Positions 1-9,251 of a stretch of 60,452 bases of DNA are shown here, in pieces. This stretch comes from an uncultured bacterium. GTDB lineage: Bacteria > Verrucomicrobiota > Kiritimatiellia > RFP12 > UBA1067. Under the pieces are notes generated by a model. It saw only the letters and a program-made list of their open reading frames with translations. It did not search any database and was not told the DNA's origin. Position numbers and translations under genes: made by a program. Each line of letters begins with the position of its first letter. Positions within the stretch are counted from its first letter, which is position 1. Where the stretch lies: NCBI GenBank assembly GCA_903935195.1, contig CAIZQW010000085.1, positions 1 to 60,452 on the forward strand, read 5' to 3'.

Positions 1-149
1 CCTATAAACTGCCCTATAAAAAAGTATGGCACTTCATGATGGGCGGGCCTGATGGCGCCATTGTCAGTGAATCCGGCACGTATCATGACAATGCCGGGCT
101 ACGCTTCCGAAACCCAGGAGTTAAGTTCTAAAATCTTACGAAAATGCTC

Positions 150-2498
150 TTATGATATCCACTGGGGATGCGCAATAATCGGCCGAGCAAACGCAATCGC
201 CTGTCGGCTGGCCTCTCCCGCATCAAAAGTCCCATGCGTAAGAAGACCATAGCGTAAGCGGATAGCCCCGGGCTGACTCCTCGGAAAGTTAGTATTCCAG
301 TAGTTATTCAGGGGCCACGCGAGAAGCAAGGGGTTCTCTAGACGGGGAACGGTTTCCAACGGCGGCCCGAAATGGAAGTCGCCGGCCATCACCATGGGCG
401 CGTCAGGACAGAATAAGGTTGCCCCCCACCCCTCCGTATACAGGGCAAGATAAGATTCGACTGTGAGCCAACTACGACAGGCTCCCGGCAACTGTTCAGC
501 ATCCAACTCGACCGCCCTGCCCGCTGTATCAAAATGGGCGCGCCAGCCAGACGGCAGCGCAAGTGGGATGACAAAATAAATGGCCTCCGGCTCAGTCTGC
601 GCCAGCTTCTCAAACTCTGCTTCCAAACCGATCACGGGCGAATCCGCACGCAGGATGATGCGCTGTACAAACTGTTCGACGCCTGGCGCTTCAAAGCAGC
701 GGATAAGCGTGATCGATCCCACCCCTCGCTCCACCCGGCAGGAAATTGGGCGAGAGGCACGTTCGCGCACCGCCCGCCACGATTTCCAACACGACTGGTC
801 AATCTTCTCGCGATCCAGGTCTCGATCGTAGAAAGCTTCACGCCGCCCGTCAATAAGCGCATCGGGACGTTCGCGGACAAAATCGAAGAGATCATATGGC
901 CCATCGACGGGCAGTATTTCCCGTGACAATATCTTGTCGAATAAGGCGATGATACGTCCGGTTTCAGGGTTATAGGTGAGCCGATGCGTCGGCGACTCAA
1001 GCAGGGCATCGCCCTTTCGCGCTACCTCAATGCGAACATTGTTGAAGGCGCGAAAAGTCACTGGTGTCCGCCGGTCTTCGTGCCGTAAGCGGGTGTCTTC
1101 GGTTACTGGAGCAAGCAATACGAGCGGCAGGCTCTTCGTTCCAAAAGCTGGTATCTCAATCGGCCCAATAGTTTCCACGTTGGTCAGCGCACTGGGTTTA
1201 AAGCGCTCGCAACGTAGGCGCGGTCCTGGATTCCGCCACGCGCTCGGAATCTCAACGTACTCGGTGCGTACGATTGGCGAGGGGTTGACCAGCAGAACAT
1301 GATCAGGCGGCGTTTCAGAATGTGCTGCGTTTCCAGCGAGTGTTTCAAGTTCATGCGTGAGCACATAGCCGGCCAATTCCCGCGCTTCTATCGCCAGCGA
1401 GGCTTTCAGATGGTCCTGGACCAACGCAGGATCAAGTCCGTCCGCCGTATCCCAATAACTCCAGGTGTGCTCGTTAAACAGGTCCAGAAGGTCGCTGGCG
1501 CGCTCGGCGACCCGCCGTACGGCTTCGGGGCGCGGCAAGACGGCGAGCCCGTCTGCAGTATCTAGCATACGTTTTGCGGCGCGGGAGCGGGCGACGTTCC
1601 CAGCCGTACTGGCACACCCGAAATTCCAATAGTCTGTCCAGTCGCCCGAAAGCAACGGTAATTTTTCATCAGGGATCAGCCGAATACGTTCAAGCAGGTC
1701 TTCTGTGGTCACATACCGGATGCGTGGTTGCCGTCCTGCCTCGTTCCATTGACGGATGAGCTTGGCCACCGACAGATTGGGCGGTGAATTGTCCCACATT
1801 TCCGGCGCGGCGGTGGTTGTGAGGTAGAGGAAGTCATGCGGATAATCAATGCGTTCGAGTTGGTTCAAATAACTGCAAAGACCGTTTTGCATCGCATCGA
1901 GCGAGCGTTCCCACGTCAGCAGTATCTGGTCGAACATGGTGTAATGGTTGCCGTTCATAACGCGCAACTCGCGGCCGGACGGCGTGCGCCAGCGGAACAC
2001 GCCCGGCCGCGGCCGGACCGGCGCTCCCAAGTGGGTGTTAACGCCCATGACCAGAAGGTCAACACCCCTATGCAGGAGCAAATCGGAAAGCGGCCACGGC
2101 ACGCCATTCACATCGTGCTGGATCGCCGTTGAGATGCGGACGCCCAAGCTTTCACGCAATTCGTCCACCGGCGCAAGTTGCCGCGCGAGCTGTGCCACTG
2201 AATTCAGCGGAGTGATGTTGTATCGCATCGCCCCGATTGCTAAACGCCCTTGACGAACGAACATTATAAATGACTCCACGTCGGTAGCCGAGGCGGTCTC
2301 CAGCCATTTCAGTACGGGTGCTGTGACCTCGCACGTCCATTTCGGACGCGATTCTTCGGGCCAATCCGCCGTCTCTGCCAGCAGGCGCAATGCCTGATCA
2401 ATATACTCGCGCTGAAGCTCCATGATCACTGGCTGGCTGTGCGTGTAGCCTACGTCCAGATGACTGTGATGTAAAATTAAAACTTCTTTAATGTTCAC
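150..2498 (-). CDS. GH38-like glycoside hydrolase (alpha-mannosidase-family N-domain), cytoplasmic
   Basis: 782-aa ORF, the last gene of the minus-strand array. The N-terminus 'VLILHHSHLDVGYTH' resembles the metal-binding start of GH38 N-terminal domains. No signal peptide. GTG start 6 nt after the transporter stop. Family call is by eye only. Confidence 0.5.
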   Translation of the reverse strand: MNIKEVLILHHSHLDVGYTHSQPVIMELQREYIDQALRLLAETADWPEESRPKWTCEVTAPVLKWLETASATDVESFIMFVRQGRLAIGAMRYNITPLNSVAQLARQLAPVDELRESLGVRISTAIQHDVNGVPWPLSDLLLHRGVDLLVMGVNTHLGAPVRPRPGVFRWRTPSGRELRVMNGNHYTMFDQILLTWERSLDAMQNGLCSYLNQLERIDYPHDFLYLTTTAAPEMWDNSPPNLSVAKLIRQWNEAGRQPRIRYVTTEDLLERIRLIPDEKLPLLSGDWTDYWNFGCASTAGNVARSRAAKRMLDTADGLAVLPRPEAVRRVAERASDLLDLFNEHTWSYWDTADGLDPALVQDHLKASLAIEARELAGYVLTHELETLAGNAAHSETPPDHVLLVNPSPIVRTEYVEIPSAWRNPGPRLRCERFKPSALTNVETIGPIEIPAFGTKSLPLVLLAPVTEDTRLRHEDRRTPVTFRAFNNVRIEVARKGDALLESPTHRLTYNPETGRIIALFDKILSREILPVDGPYDLFDFVRERPDALIDGRREAFYDRDLDREKIDQSCWKSWRAVRERASRPISCRVERGVGSITLIRCFEAPGVEQFVQRIILRADSPVIGLEAEFEKLAQTEPEAIYFVIPLALPSGWRAHFDTAGRAVELDAEQLPGACRSWLTVESYLALYTEGWGATLFCPDAPMVMAGDFHFGPPLETVPRLENPLLLAWPLNNYWNTNFPRSQPGAIRLRYGLLTHGTFDAGEASRQAIAFARPIIAHPQWIS

Positions 2499-2504
2499 AA
2501 GATT

Positions 2505-4349
2505 TCAATCGTTGGGTAATGTCTTGTACCACGTGAAGTAAAGGGCGACACAGGCACTCATGAAAATCACAGCACAGAGAGCTCCCTTCATCGGCCAGTA
2601 GCCAAGAAAATAGACCGGCATCATGTAGAGAGAGAAGGACGCGATCATGCCGAGCACGATATTCACACCGATCAGCAACAGGCTAATACTGGATGCCATA
2701 GGCAGGTTCAGAGCACGAGCAGTAGCCTCTTCACGTTTCCAGAAACCAAAGGGCCGAACCTTGGCGTAGAAGCCCGCACTGACTTCCGGTTCTAATGCCG
2801 GTGTCAGAAGTGAAACCACCACGCAGGCAATTGTAGAGACTGACAGTGTGACGTAGGTGTAGATGTCCACAGGGATGCTCTTTAAGATATTCCCGTCGGG
2901 CACGAAGTTGCTCGCCAGCATCGCGAGGGAAGGAAATATTCCGACCACACAGCCGGCGGCAAACCCCCAGCCGTTCATGCGTCCCCAATACCAGCGTAAA
3001 GCCAGCGGAACCACGAAACAGGTCAAGAGCCCCCCCAGCATCCAGCTCCAGATCACGTTCATCGCGCTACCGCCCCCGCGGTTCTGAGTCTCGACCATGC
3101 CATAACCGATCGCGATAGCGATGAAGGCGAGCAACAAGGTGGCCAGATAGCTGGCCCAGATCAACTCCTTAGCCTCGTCAGACACCTTCGGCCGAAGCAA
3201 GGGCTGATAGAGGTCGCGGACGATGATCGATGCGCAGGCATTGATCTCCGAACAGAAACTCGTCATGAAGGAGGCGGAGAGTCCAGCCACCACCAAGCCA
3301 AGGAAGCCGGGCTTCAAGAGTCCTGACTTGAGAAAGAGCGGCATCACGCATTCAGGGTCTGTGCTGATCTGAGACTGATAAAGCGTATAGCCAAGAAAGC
3401 AGAGACCCGCAGTCATCAGCCAACGGGGGAAGCCGAGAAATTGCCAGAGCGCGGCCATCAGCGCCGCCTCGCGGGTATTTTTAGTCGCCAAAAAACGCTG
3501 CTCGCCGTAACGACCGCCCGCGCCGCCGATACAGCCGATCATTCCGATAATTGAACCGGCCAGTACCATGCCCGAGAAATCTTTCCAGCCCACATAGCCC
3601 TTGGCCGCCTCGAACATGCCGATCCGCGGCATGCTCTCGGGAACCAGCGACGTCCAATAGTCTGCGTTCACCGCTGTCGCGCCCGCACCATGCGTTAGGA
3701 AGGCGTGAAGCGTTTCGGCGCTATACTGGACATAACAGACATAGCTGATGATAAAGGCCACTGAAAACAGGACGACCGTCTGTAGGAACTCGCTGAAGAT
3801 AACACCTTTGAAACCACCAAACAGCACATAGACGCTGGTCAGGGTCACGGCCACAAGAGAGAGCACATGTGCAGCCTCGTACGTGCAACCGAATACCATT
3901 GAGAATTTGTGGATGATGATGTATGACATGCAGAGCGATGCGACACTGAAGAGGCTGATCATCAGCGCGAAACTAGTCCTCGCCCATTTGGCACCCGCGC
4001 CATCACCGAAGCGCACCTTGTTCAATTCAGCCGCTGTCATGCAGCCGCACCGTCTGATCCAGATGCCTGAATACGCCATCAGAAAGACCGCGCTGGGCAT
4101 CCACCAGACCAACGTGACATAGAAGGACTTCATCCCCAGTACCATCAGGATCGCCAGATTCCAGACCGTGCCATTGATGGAGAAATTGGTCGAGGCACCG
4201 GACGCTGCGAGCATCCACCACTTGTTCTCCGCGCCCAGAAAATAGGTTTTCTGACTCTCCGCCGATTTACGGGAAAAGAAAAATCCTGCCCCGACCGCAA
4301 TCAGAAAAAAAGCGCCGATGATCAGAAAGTCGATTAGAGCGAAATACAT
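2505..4349 (-). CDS. sodium:solute symporter (SSF) family transporter
   Basis: 614-aa ORF with an ATG start and hydrophobic segments throughout. The N-terminal block 'FFFSRKSAESQKTYFLGAENKWWMLAASGASTNFS' is typical of SSF/SGLT-type symporters. It is the only transporter in the glycan locus. Confidence 0.8.
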   Translation of the reverse strand: MYFALIDFLIIGAFFLIAVGAGFFFSRKSAESQKTYFLGAENKWWMLAASGASTNFSINGTVWNLAILMVLGMKSFYVTLVWWMPSAVFLMAYSGIWIRRCGCMTAAELNKVRFGDGAGAKWARTSFALMISLFSVASLCMSYIIIHKFSMVFGCTYEAAHVLSLVAVTLTSVYVLFGGFKGVIFSEFLQTVVLFSVAFIISYVCYVQYSAETLHAFLTHGAGATAVNADYWTSLVPESMPRIGMFEAAKGYVGWKDFSGMVLAGSIIGMIGCIGGAGGRYGEQRFLATKNTREAALMAALWQFLGFPRWLMTAGLCFLGYTLYQSQISTDPECVMPLFLKSGLLKPGFLGLVVAGLSASFMTSFCSEINACASIIVRDLYQPLLRPKVSDEAKELIWASYLATLLLAFIAIAIGYGMVETQNRGGGSAMNVIWSWMLGGLLTCFVVPLALRWYWGRMNGWGFAAGCVVGIFPSLAMLASNFVPDGNILKSIPVDIYTYVTLSVSTIACVVVSLLTPALEPEVSAGFYAKVRPFGFWKREEATARALNLPMASSISLLLIGVNIVLGMIASFSLYMMPVYFLGYWPMKGALCAVIFMSACVALYFTWYKTLPND

Positions 4350-4394
4350 AATAGGACTACTCCACGTCGTTTACTGTTACGTCACACCATACAC

Positions 4395-7300
4395 TCAGTT
4401 ATGTCGACTGTCCATTATTTTCTTCACTGTCTTGCCCCCGTCAGCTGAGCGATAGAGTCCGTCCGTGGCCAGCAGCCACCAAAGATCGCCTTTTCTATAT
4501 TCACCGCAGAATGCAATATAGCCTCCTTTAGGCACATCTCCTGCCATGTCAACCCAGTACCATTTTAAAGCAAAGTCTTCGCTACGGGAAATCCGACCTG
4601 GCTTTACGGGGTCAAGAGCCTGAAGAAGCGCTCGTCCACATCGTGTATCTCCGCGACCTGAACTCGCCACAGCCGTGAACGGCCTCAGGCTTTCCATGCT
4701 CTTGGCTTCAGGAAACAGGAACATTTTACGATCACCCAGCGTCATGGCATATCCATGCGTCGTGGCAAAGGAGGGCTCATCAACGGAACCTTTGTCGAAA
4801 GCCACATTCAGGTACCCCACATCGCTCCACTCACAGATCGGCCACATGCTCTTGCCACCTGTGCGACTGACGTAAACACGCGAACTTTTGACGGAGGCCG
4901 ACAGGGCTGGCTTGCCACGCCCCAGAAGTGGCATCAAAGCATCAGGACACGTGACGACATGCATGCGAGGAAGGCCCTTTTCGCCCCGACTCCATCCGCA
5001 CAGAGCAACGGCAGTGATGCGCTCATTCTCAATCCCGATTTTCGTCCATGTGACACCGCCATCCTCGCTCTTGAACAATCCTCGGGTCTCACACCCAGCA
5101 TAAACAATTTCCGGGTTTTCAGGATCAATAGCAATAACCTCACCGCACAGCGCTGACGGTCCTACACCATCAAAATCGCCTGAAAAATTAAGTTTTTGCC
5201 ATGATTTTCCAGCATCCGTGGTTTTCCACAGACCCCCATCCCATTGGCCTGAGGCATCAACCCGTCCTGCTGCACGGTACATCATCTGCGGATCTTTCGG
5301 ATGAACGGAAACACTGCGGACTGAGTTGGCAGCCCCACTCAACCCCCCATTGGCGGCTACCCAACTCTTGCCGTCATCTTCAGTCCGGAACAGTCCCTGC
5401 TCAGATGAACGTAGAACAACGATCCTAGGATCGGATCGTGACATCACAACACCGGTCCAGCGCGGCCCGTCCGTATGAGTTGCTGTGATAGAGACGGGAA
5501 GGGCCATATCCTTGGCCACACCAGCTTCCAGCTTCACATTGGACACCTTGGCCTGGAAATACGCCTGAGCATCCTGTGGCAGAACACGAAAAACAACACC
5601 CGCGTCCACGCCAGCACGCATCGGTTTAAGGTGTGTAGCGCCAAGTTGCCAGGCCTTACCATCAGCCGATGTCCAAGCCATCCAGACCTGTCCCTTGCGC
5701 ACTATTCTTATCCACGGGTGCCCCTTGGGCAGTTCGTAGCTATTGAGTCGGCTCGCGCCCTGGTCGCTGAAATCCGGAGTCGTCCGCAACCCGCCGCGTG
5801 CCATCTGGCAGATCCCAAAATCCTCACCCCACCACCGTTCCGTCCCTTTTTCTCTTGCGGTTAACCCGACCCATGACCAGCCGTTCACTGGCTCATGATT
5901 ACTTCCATACCAAGAATCGAGCCGACAGGTCAGGGTGAAATCTCCTATAATAGGGCGCGTCACCACATATTCGCCTTCGCCAATGAAAGAAAACGCATCA
6001 GGAGCAGTCTGCCAAATCCCTTTCACCGCCTTCTGCTCGCCAACCACAGACATAACCCAGCCATCCTGGATAGCCGGCCCCGTGATCACGATGTGTTCAG
6101 GAAGTGAATCCATCGTGCAGTTCGTATCATACGTGACACGCGTCCAGAGCGTGTTCGTGCCATTGAGCATGGGACCATGATACGTTAGCGCTGCAGTGGA
6201 ACTTTCAGCCATCTGCATAGTTCCGACGAACAGTTGGAGCTTTGTTATCGTATGCCCCTTCGCATCCACATCAACCTTGACTGTGGCTGTCCCATTCGTG
6301 CCACCGTATGTCGTTAACATAGCCACCGGCATCTTATCAGAGTCTTGGCGGACCAATAATGAAGCAGGGATTTCCTGCCTGGGTATGCCCGGCCCTTCCC
6401 ACTCAAGCTTGAAGAACGGCGACGAAGAATCATCGACAAAGTAATCGACTGTGAGCGGGTGATACCCCGTGTCAAGATTCACATATCCCGAGCGTTCTGC
6501 TGGGCCATGCTTTCCATCCCAGACCAACGCATCACGCCCATCAACCGATATGCGGTATCCGTCACATCCCTGCATACGCAGGACATAAATACCGTTTGTG
6601 GGAGCGCGCAAAAAACCCTGATACCGGAAGGCGTATCGCTTTCCAAGGGAAGCTCCGACCGACGTATCAAACCCACGCGAGACGCCCTGTTTATTCAACG
6701 TTGCTCCTTCAATATCAGCAAGCACTATCCGGGTTTTTTCCTTAAACTTGTTCCGCAGTTCGTAGCTCAGTCCTGGCACCATTGTGCCCATCACCGCGCG
6801 AGAGGGCTGGGTTGCGACCTTGACGGCGACAATTTGAGGCTGAAGCACCTGATCGAACACGTCAATCAGCGAGAAGCGAACCGTCGGTTTAGCAGCAACA
6901 GCATCAAGGAGCACCATACGGACTGTCGGCATACGTTCCTGCCGGACAGCAACCGGCTCGCCCTCGCAGGAGGCGTTATTAAACACTTCGATGCGATACA
7001 GAAACTGAGGGGAAGACTTTTCAGCGAGAGTCCATTCTACCAACACCTGCTTTCCATTGGATTGAGCAGACAGAGATGCTATCTGCGGGCTATCGAGTTT
7101 CGGCTTTCCCGGCTGTTGAACTATGAACTCATGCGTCTTGTTTGCCTCCAGCGGAGTGCCCTTCAACAGGAAGGGCACCATCGCCTTGTTCCAAGACAAC
7201 TCCATAGCAATAAACTCGTGATCGCCTTCAGGCTTCACCTCAACAACCCAGTAATTGTCATACTGCCCGTTCTTTGGATCAACACGAATGGTAGTTTTGT

Positions 7301-8048
7301 TCGACGAACGCCACGTCCCTTCTTTGAGGAAGTATCCCAGTCGACGGTGCAACGAGCGCACTGAACGTCCACTGTTGCCGATATCCTCTAAAAATCCGTT
7401 GTTGCTGTTAAACGACTTGGCAGGCACCGGCAAGCGCATGATTCCGTAGAGGTGCCACTGCCCACTGGCATTGTCCTTGATCCAGCGCCCGATAAAGCTA
7501 TGCTGGGCATTGGTCACTCCGACAGGCTCCCACACCCGCATCATCATCGTGTACCAGGCTCCGTTTGTCATGAAAGGCCAACTGTACGCGCCCAGCGAAC
7601 CGCTGGCGCCTTCTACGATATACTGTCGTGGATAGGTGTATTCAGACGACGCGACAACACGTACGGGTTCACCCTCTTTATTGCTGCCCCAGAATGACCA
7701 CACTGAGCCGGGATGGAATGCCGCCTGAACTGCTGGATCCATATTCGGCTTATGGTCAGGAGGTACAGACGGTATTCCGTTGGCAAAACCACCGTAGCCA
7801 CCTATACCAGTGGGGCTAGTTCCAAAATTCCAGATCGCAGAATATGTGCTTTCCGGCCAAAAAGGCCAGCACACATCCATCATGATGACTTCAGCACCAC
7901 TTTCGACATTCTCACCATACCAGGTGGCATAGAGCGTGTTAGGAAGCGTAGCTAAAAGAAAGGTCGCCAACAGCATGCTAGATCCACGCACGCCTCGTCC
8001 TGCATCAAACCACTTACCGTCACACTCGACCGCATATCTCTTGTTCAT
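4395..8048 (-). CDS. secreted multidomain protein: DUF3472-like N-domain + PA14 + ConA/LamG-like beta-sandwich + BNR/Asp-box (sortilin-like) propeller
   Basis: 1217-aa ORF. The DUF3472-like block is 'VWSFWGS...GAWYTMMMRVWEP...GQWHLYG...NGFLEDIGN'. The PA14-like block is 'GIYVLRMQGCDGYRISVDGRDALVWDG...HPLTVDYFVDDSSSPFFKLEWEGPG'. C-terminal Asp-box repeats are 'TEDDGKSW', 'TTDAGKSW', 'SEDGGVTW' and 'SADGGKT'. The signal-peptide-like 'MLLATFLLATLPNTLYA' begins at the internal Met, so the true start may be 7976. Confidence 0.7.
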   Translation of the reverse strand: MNKRYAVECDGKWFDAGRGVRGSSMLLATFLLATLPNTLYATWYGENVESGAEVIMMDVCWPFWPESTYSAIWNFGTSPTGIGGYGGFANGIPSVPPDHKPNMDPAVQAAFHPGSVWSFWGSNKEGEPVRVVASSEYTYPRQYIVEGASGSLGAYSWPFMTNGAWYTMMMRVWEPVGVTNAQHSFIGRWIKDNASGQWHLYGIMRLPVPAKSFNSNNGFLEDIGNSGRSVRSLHRRLGYFLKEGTWRSSNKTTIRVDPKNGQYDNYWVVEVKPEGDHEFIAMELSWNKAMVPFLLKGTPLEANKTHEFIVQQPGKPKLDSPQIASLSAQSNGKQVLVEWTLAEKSSPQFLYRIEVFNNASCEGEPVAVRQERMPTVRMVLLDAVAAKPTVRFSLIDVFDQVLQPQIVAVKVATQPSRAVMGTMVPGLSYELRNKFKEKTRIVLADIEGATLNKQGVSRGFDTSVGASLGKRYAFRYQGFLRAPTNGIYVLRMQGCDGYRISVDGRDALVWDGKHGPAERSGYVNLDTGYHPLTVDYFVDDSSSPFFKLEWEGPGIPRQEIPASLLVRQDSDKMPVAMLTTYGGTNGTATVKVDVDAKGHTITKLQLFVGTMQMAESSTAALTYHGPMLNGTNTLWTRVTYDTNCTMDSLPEHIVITGPAIQDGWVMSVVGEQKAVKGIWQTAPDAFSFIGEGEYVVTRPIIGDFTLTCRLDSWYGSNHEPVNGWSWVGLTAREKGTERWWGEDFGICQMARGGLRTTPDFSDQGASRLNSYELPKGHPWIRIVRKGQVWMAWTSADGKAWQLGATHLKPMRAGVDAGVVFRVLPQDAQAYFQAKVSNVKLEAGVAKDMALPVSITATHTDGPRWTGVVMSRSDPRIVVLRSSEQGLFRTEDDGKSWVAANGGLSGAANSVRSVSVHPKDPQMMYRAAGRVDASGQWDGGLWKTTDAGKSWQKLNFSGDFDGVGPSALCGEVIAIDPENPEIVYAGCETRGLFKSEDGGVTWTKIGIENERITAVALCGWSRGEKGLPRMHVVTCPDALMPLLGRGKPALSASVKSSRVYVSRTGGKSMWPICEWSDVGYLNVAFDKGSVDEPSFATTHGYAMTLGDRKMFLFPEAKSMESLRPFTAVASSGRGDTRCGRALLQALDPVKPGRISRSEDFALKWYWVDMAGDVPKGGYIAFCGEYRKGDLWWLLATDGLYRSADGGKTVKKIMDSRHN

Positions 8049-8144
8049 CTTTATTATTCTCCTTATCGTTTAGCAGGCGTCGGTTTCGTCTCCAGCACCA
8101 GCACCTCGAACGACTTCGATGCGAATGCTGTATCCCATTGTTTT

Positions 8145-9251
8145 TTAATACGCACCGTATTCCTCCACCAGTTCACCGACACGCCGCACACGCGATGCCA
8201 GTGCGCCTGGGGGTACCTGATCGCCCACACCCAGAACATACCGGGGCGACTGGCGCATGACCGATAGCACCTGCCTGATATGCCGTTCAAACTCGGCATC
8301 GTCCACCAGCGCCGTGAAATAACCGCCGGGGATTCCACCCCAGAGAACGGTGTCGGGATTCCCGCAGAACCCCGCCCAGTCGGCAACGGCAAGATCACCC
8401 ACCGGCGCAGGGGTCATCGCCTCGATAAAACTCAGACCGACTGAACATTCTTGCTTCAACAGCCCCTTCAGGGTTCCATCGAGATGAATACAGGAAAACT
8501 TGCCGGTCGCTTGGATCGCCGCCGCCCATTCCGTTTGATAAGGCCGCATGAACTGTTCAAACAGAGCAGGCCCCACCACTTCCGAGGAAAGGTTCTCCGG
8601 CATCATGAGCACCTCGGCTGGCGATTCCACTGCTACACGCGCGGCACGGTCATGTGAAGCTTTTACTACACCAAGGGTTTCGGCAAACAAGCCCTCGTCG
8701 TCGCTCATCATTTCAACGACTGCCATGATTCCCGCATCCAGCGCCACCAGCTGCATCAGCGGGCTCTTAGGCAGGTAAGCCAGCATCACGCCTGCACCGG
8801 TCTGCCTCAACAATTCACCACGTTGCCTGGCAAAATCGTAGTCAGGCTCATACCGAGTGTTGGCATGAAGATGCTGATAGGCAGGCAGGTCGGACACGCT
8901 CTTCACCAGATGCTCAACCGACCCCTCGGTAAAGTCATCCGGCATCCACTGCCAGCACTCCCTCAGGGTTCCCGCAGGCGTTGTGATCCGCCGATAGCGG
9001 CGGATACCTTCTTTCCATTCCTCCACCTCGCAATTCTCAACAAGGGTCTTGAAGGGAAAATATCCTTGCAGGTAGAATCCGACCCCGAGCTCAATATGCC
9101 AGTCAATATATTCGGGGCTTTTTTGGAAGCCCTGCGGTTTCTGACCACGCCCGACCAGCGCCGTGGCCCAGTAATCAAGGTCGCCCAACCAGGGCACACG
9201 ATCCGGCTGTTGGCCGTTCAGAATCGCCAAAACTCTTTCGCGTGATGTCAA
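8145..9251 (-). CDS. uroporphyrinogen decarboxylase (URO-D) family protein, function unknown (copy 2)
   Basis: 368-aa ORF with no signal peptide. The N-terminus 'RERVLAILNGQQPDRVPW' is typical of URO-D/MtaA-like proteins, and 'GKFSCIHLDGT' sits near residue 256. The TTG start directly abuts the TAA stop of the upstream paralogue. Confidence 0.65.
   Translation of the reverse strand: MTSRERVLAILNGQQPDRVPWLGDLDYWATALVGRGQKPQGFQKSPEYIDWHIELGVGFYLQGYFPFKTLVENCEVEEWKEGIRRYRRITTPAGTLRECWQWMPDDFTEGSVEHLVKSVSDLPAYQHLHANTRYEPDYDFARQRGELLRQTGAGVMLAYLPKSPLMQLVALDAGIMAVVEMMSDDEGLFAETLGVVKASHDRAARVAVESPAEVLMMPENLSSEVVGPALFEQFMRPYQTEWAAAIQATGKFSCIHLDGTLKGLLKQECSVGLSFIEAMTPAPVGDLAVADWAGFCGNPDTVLWGGIPGGYFTALVDDAEFERHIRQVLSVMRQSPRYVLGVGDQVPPGALASRVRRVGELVEEYGAY

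Noticed and set aside
1-252. 66-aa plus ORF (52-252), and a minus-strand open frame starting at the ATG at 86 ('MIRAGFTDNGAIRPAHHEVPYFF...') that runs off the left edge.
   Set aside because: The plus ORF overlaps the GH38-like 3' end and has no support. The left-edge frame gives only 28 codons with no recognisable motif, which is too little to call a partial CDS.
6459-7364. 301-aa plus-strand ORF inside the 1217-aa PA14/BNR gene. Similar long antisense ORFs are at 12892-13539, 15100-15699, 19240-19944, 20365-21354, 23577-24203, 25427-26137 and 36585-37301.
   Set aside because: Each lies wholly antisense to an ORF with strong family motifs. Their translations are Arg/Pro/His/Gly-rich with no recognisable domains, which is typical of shadow ORFs in GC-rich coding DNA.
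8063-8398. 111-aa minus-strand ORF overlapping the 3' end of the URO-D copy 2 gene in another frame.
   Set aside because: It is an alternate frame of a supported CDS, is Trp/Arg-rich and has no recognisable motif.
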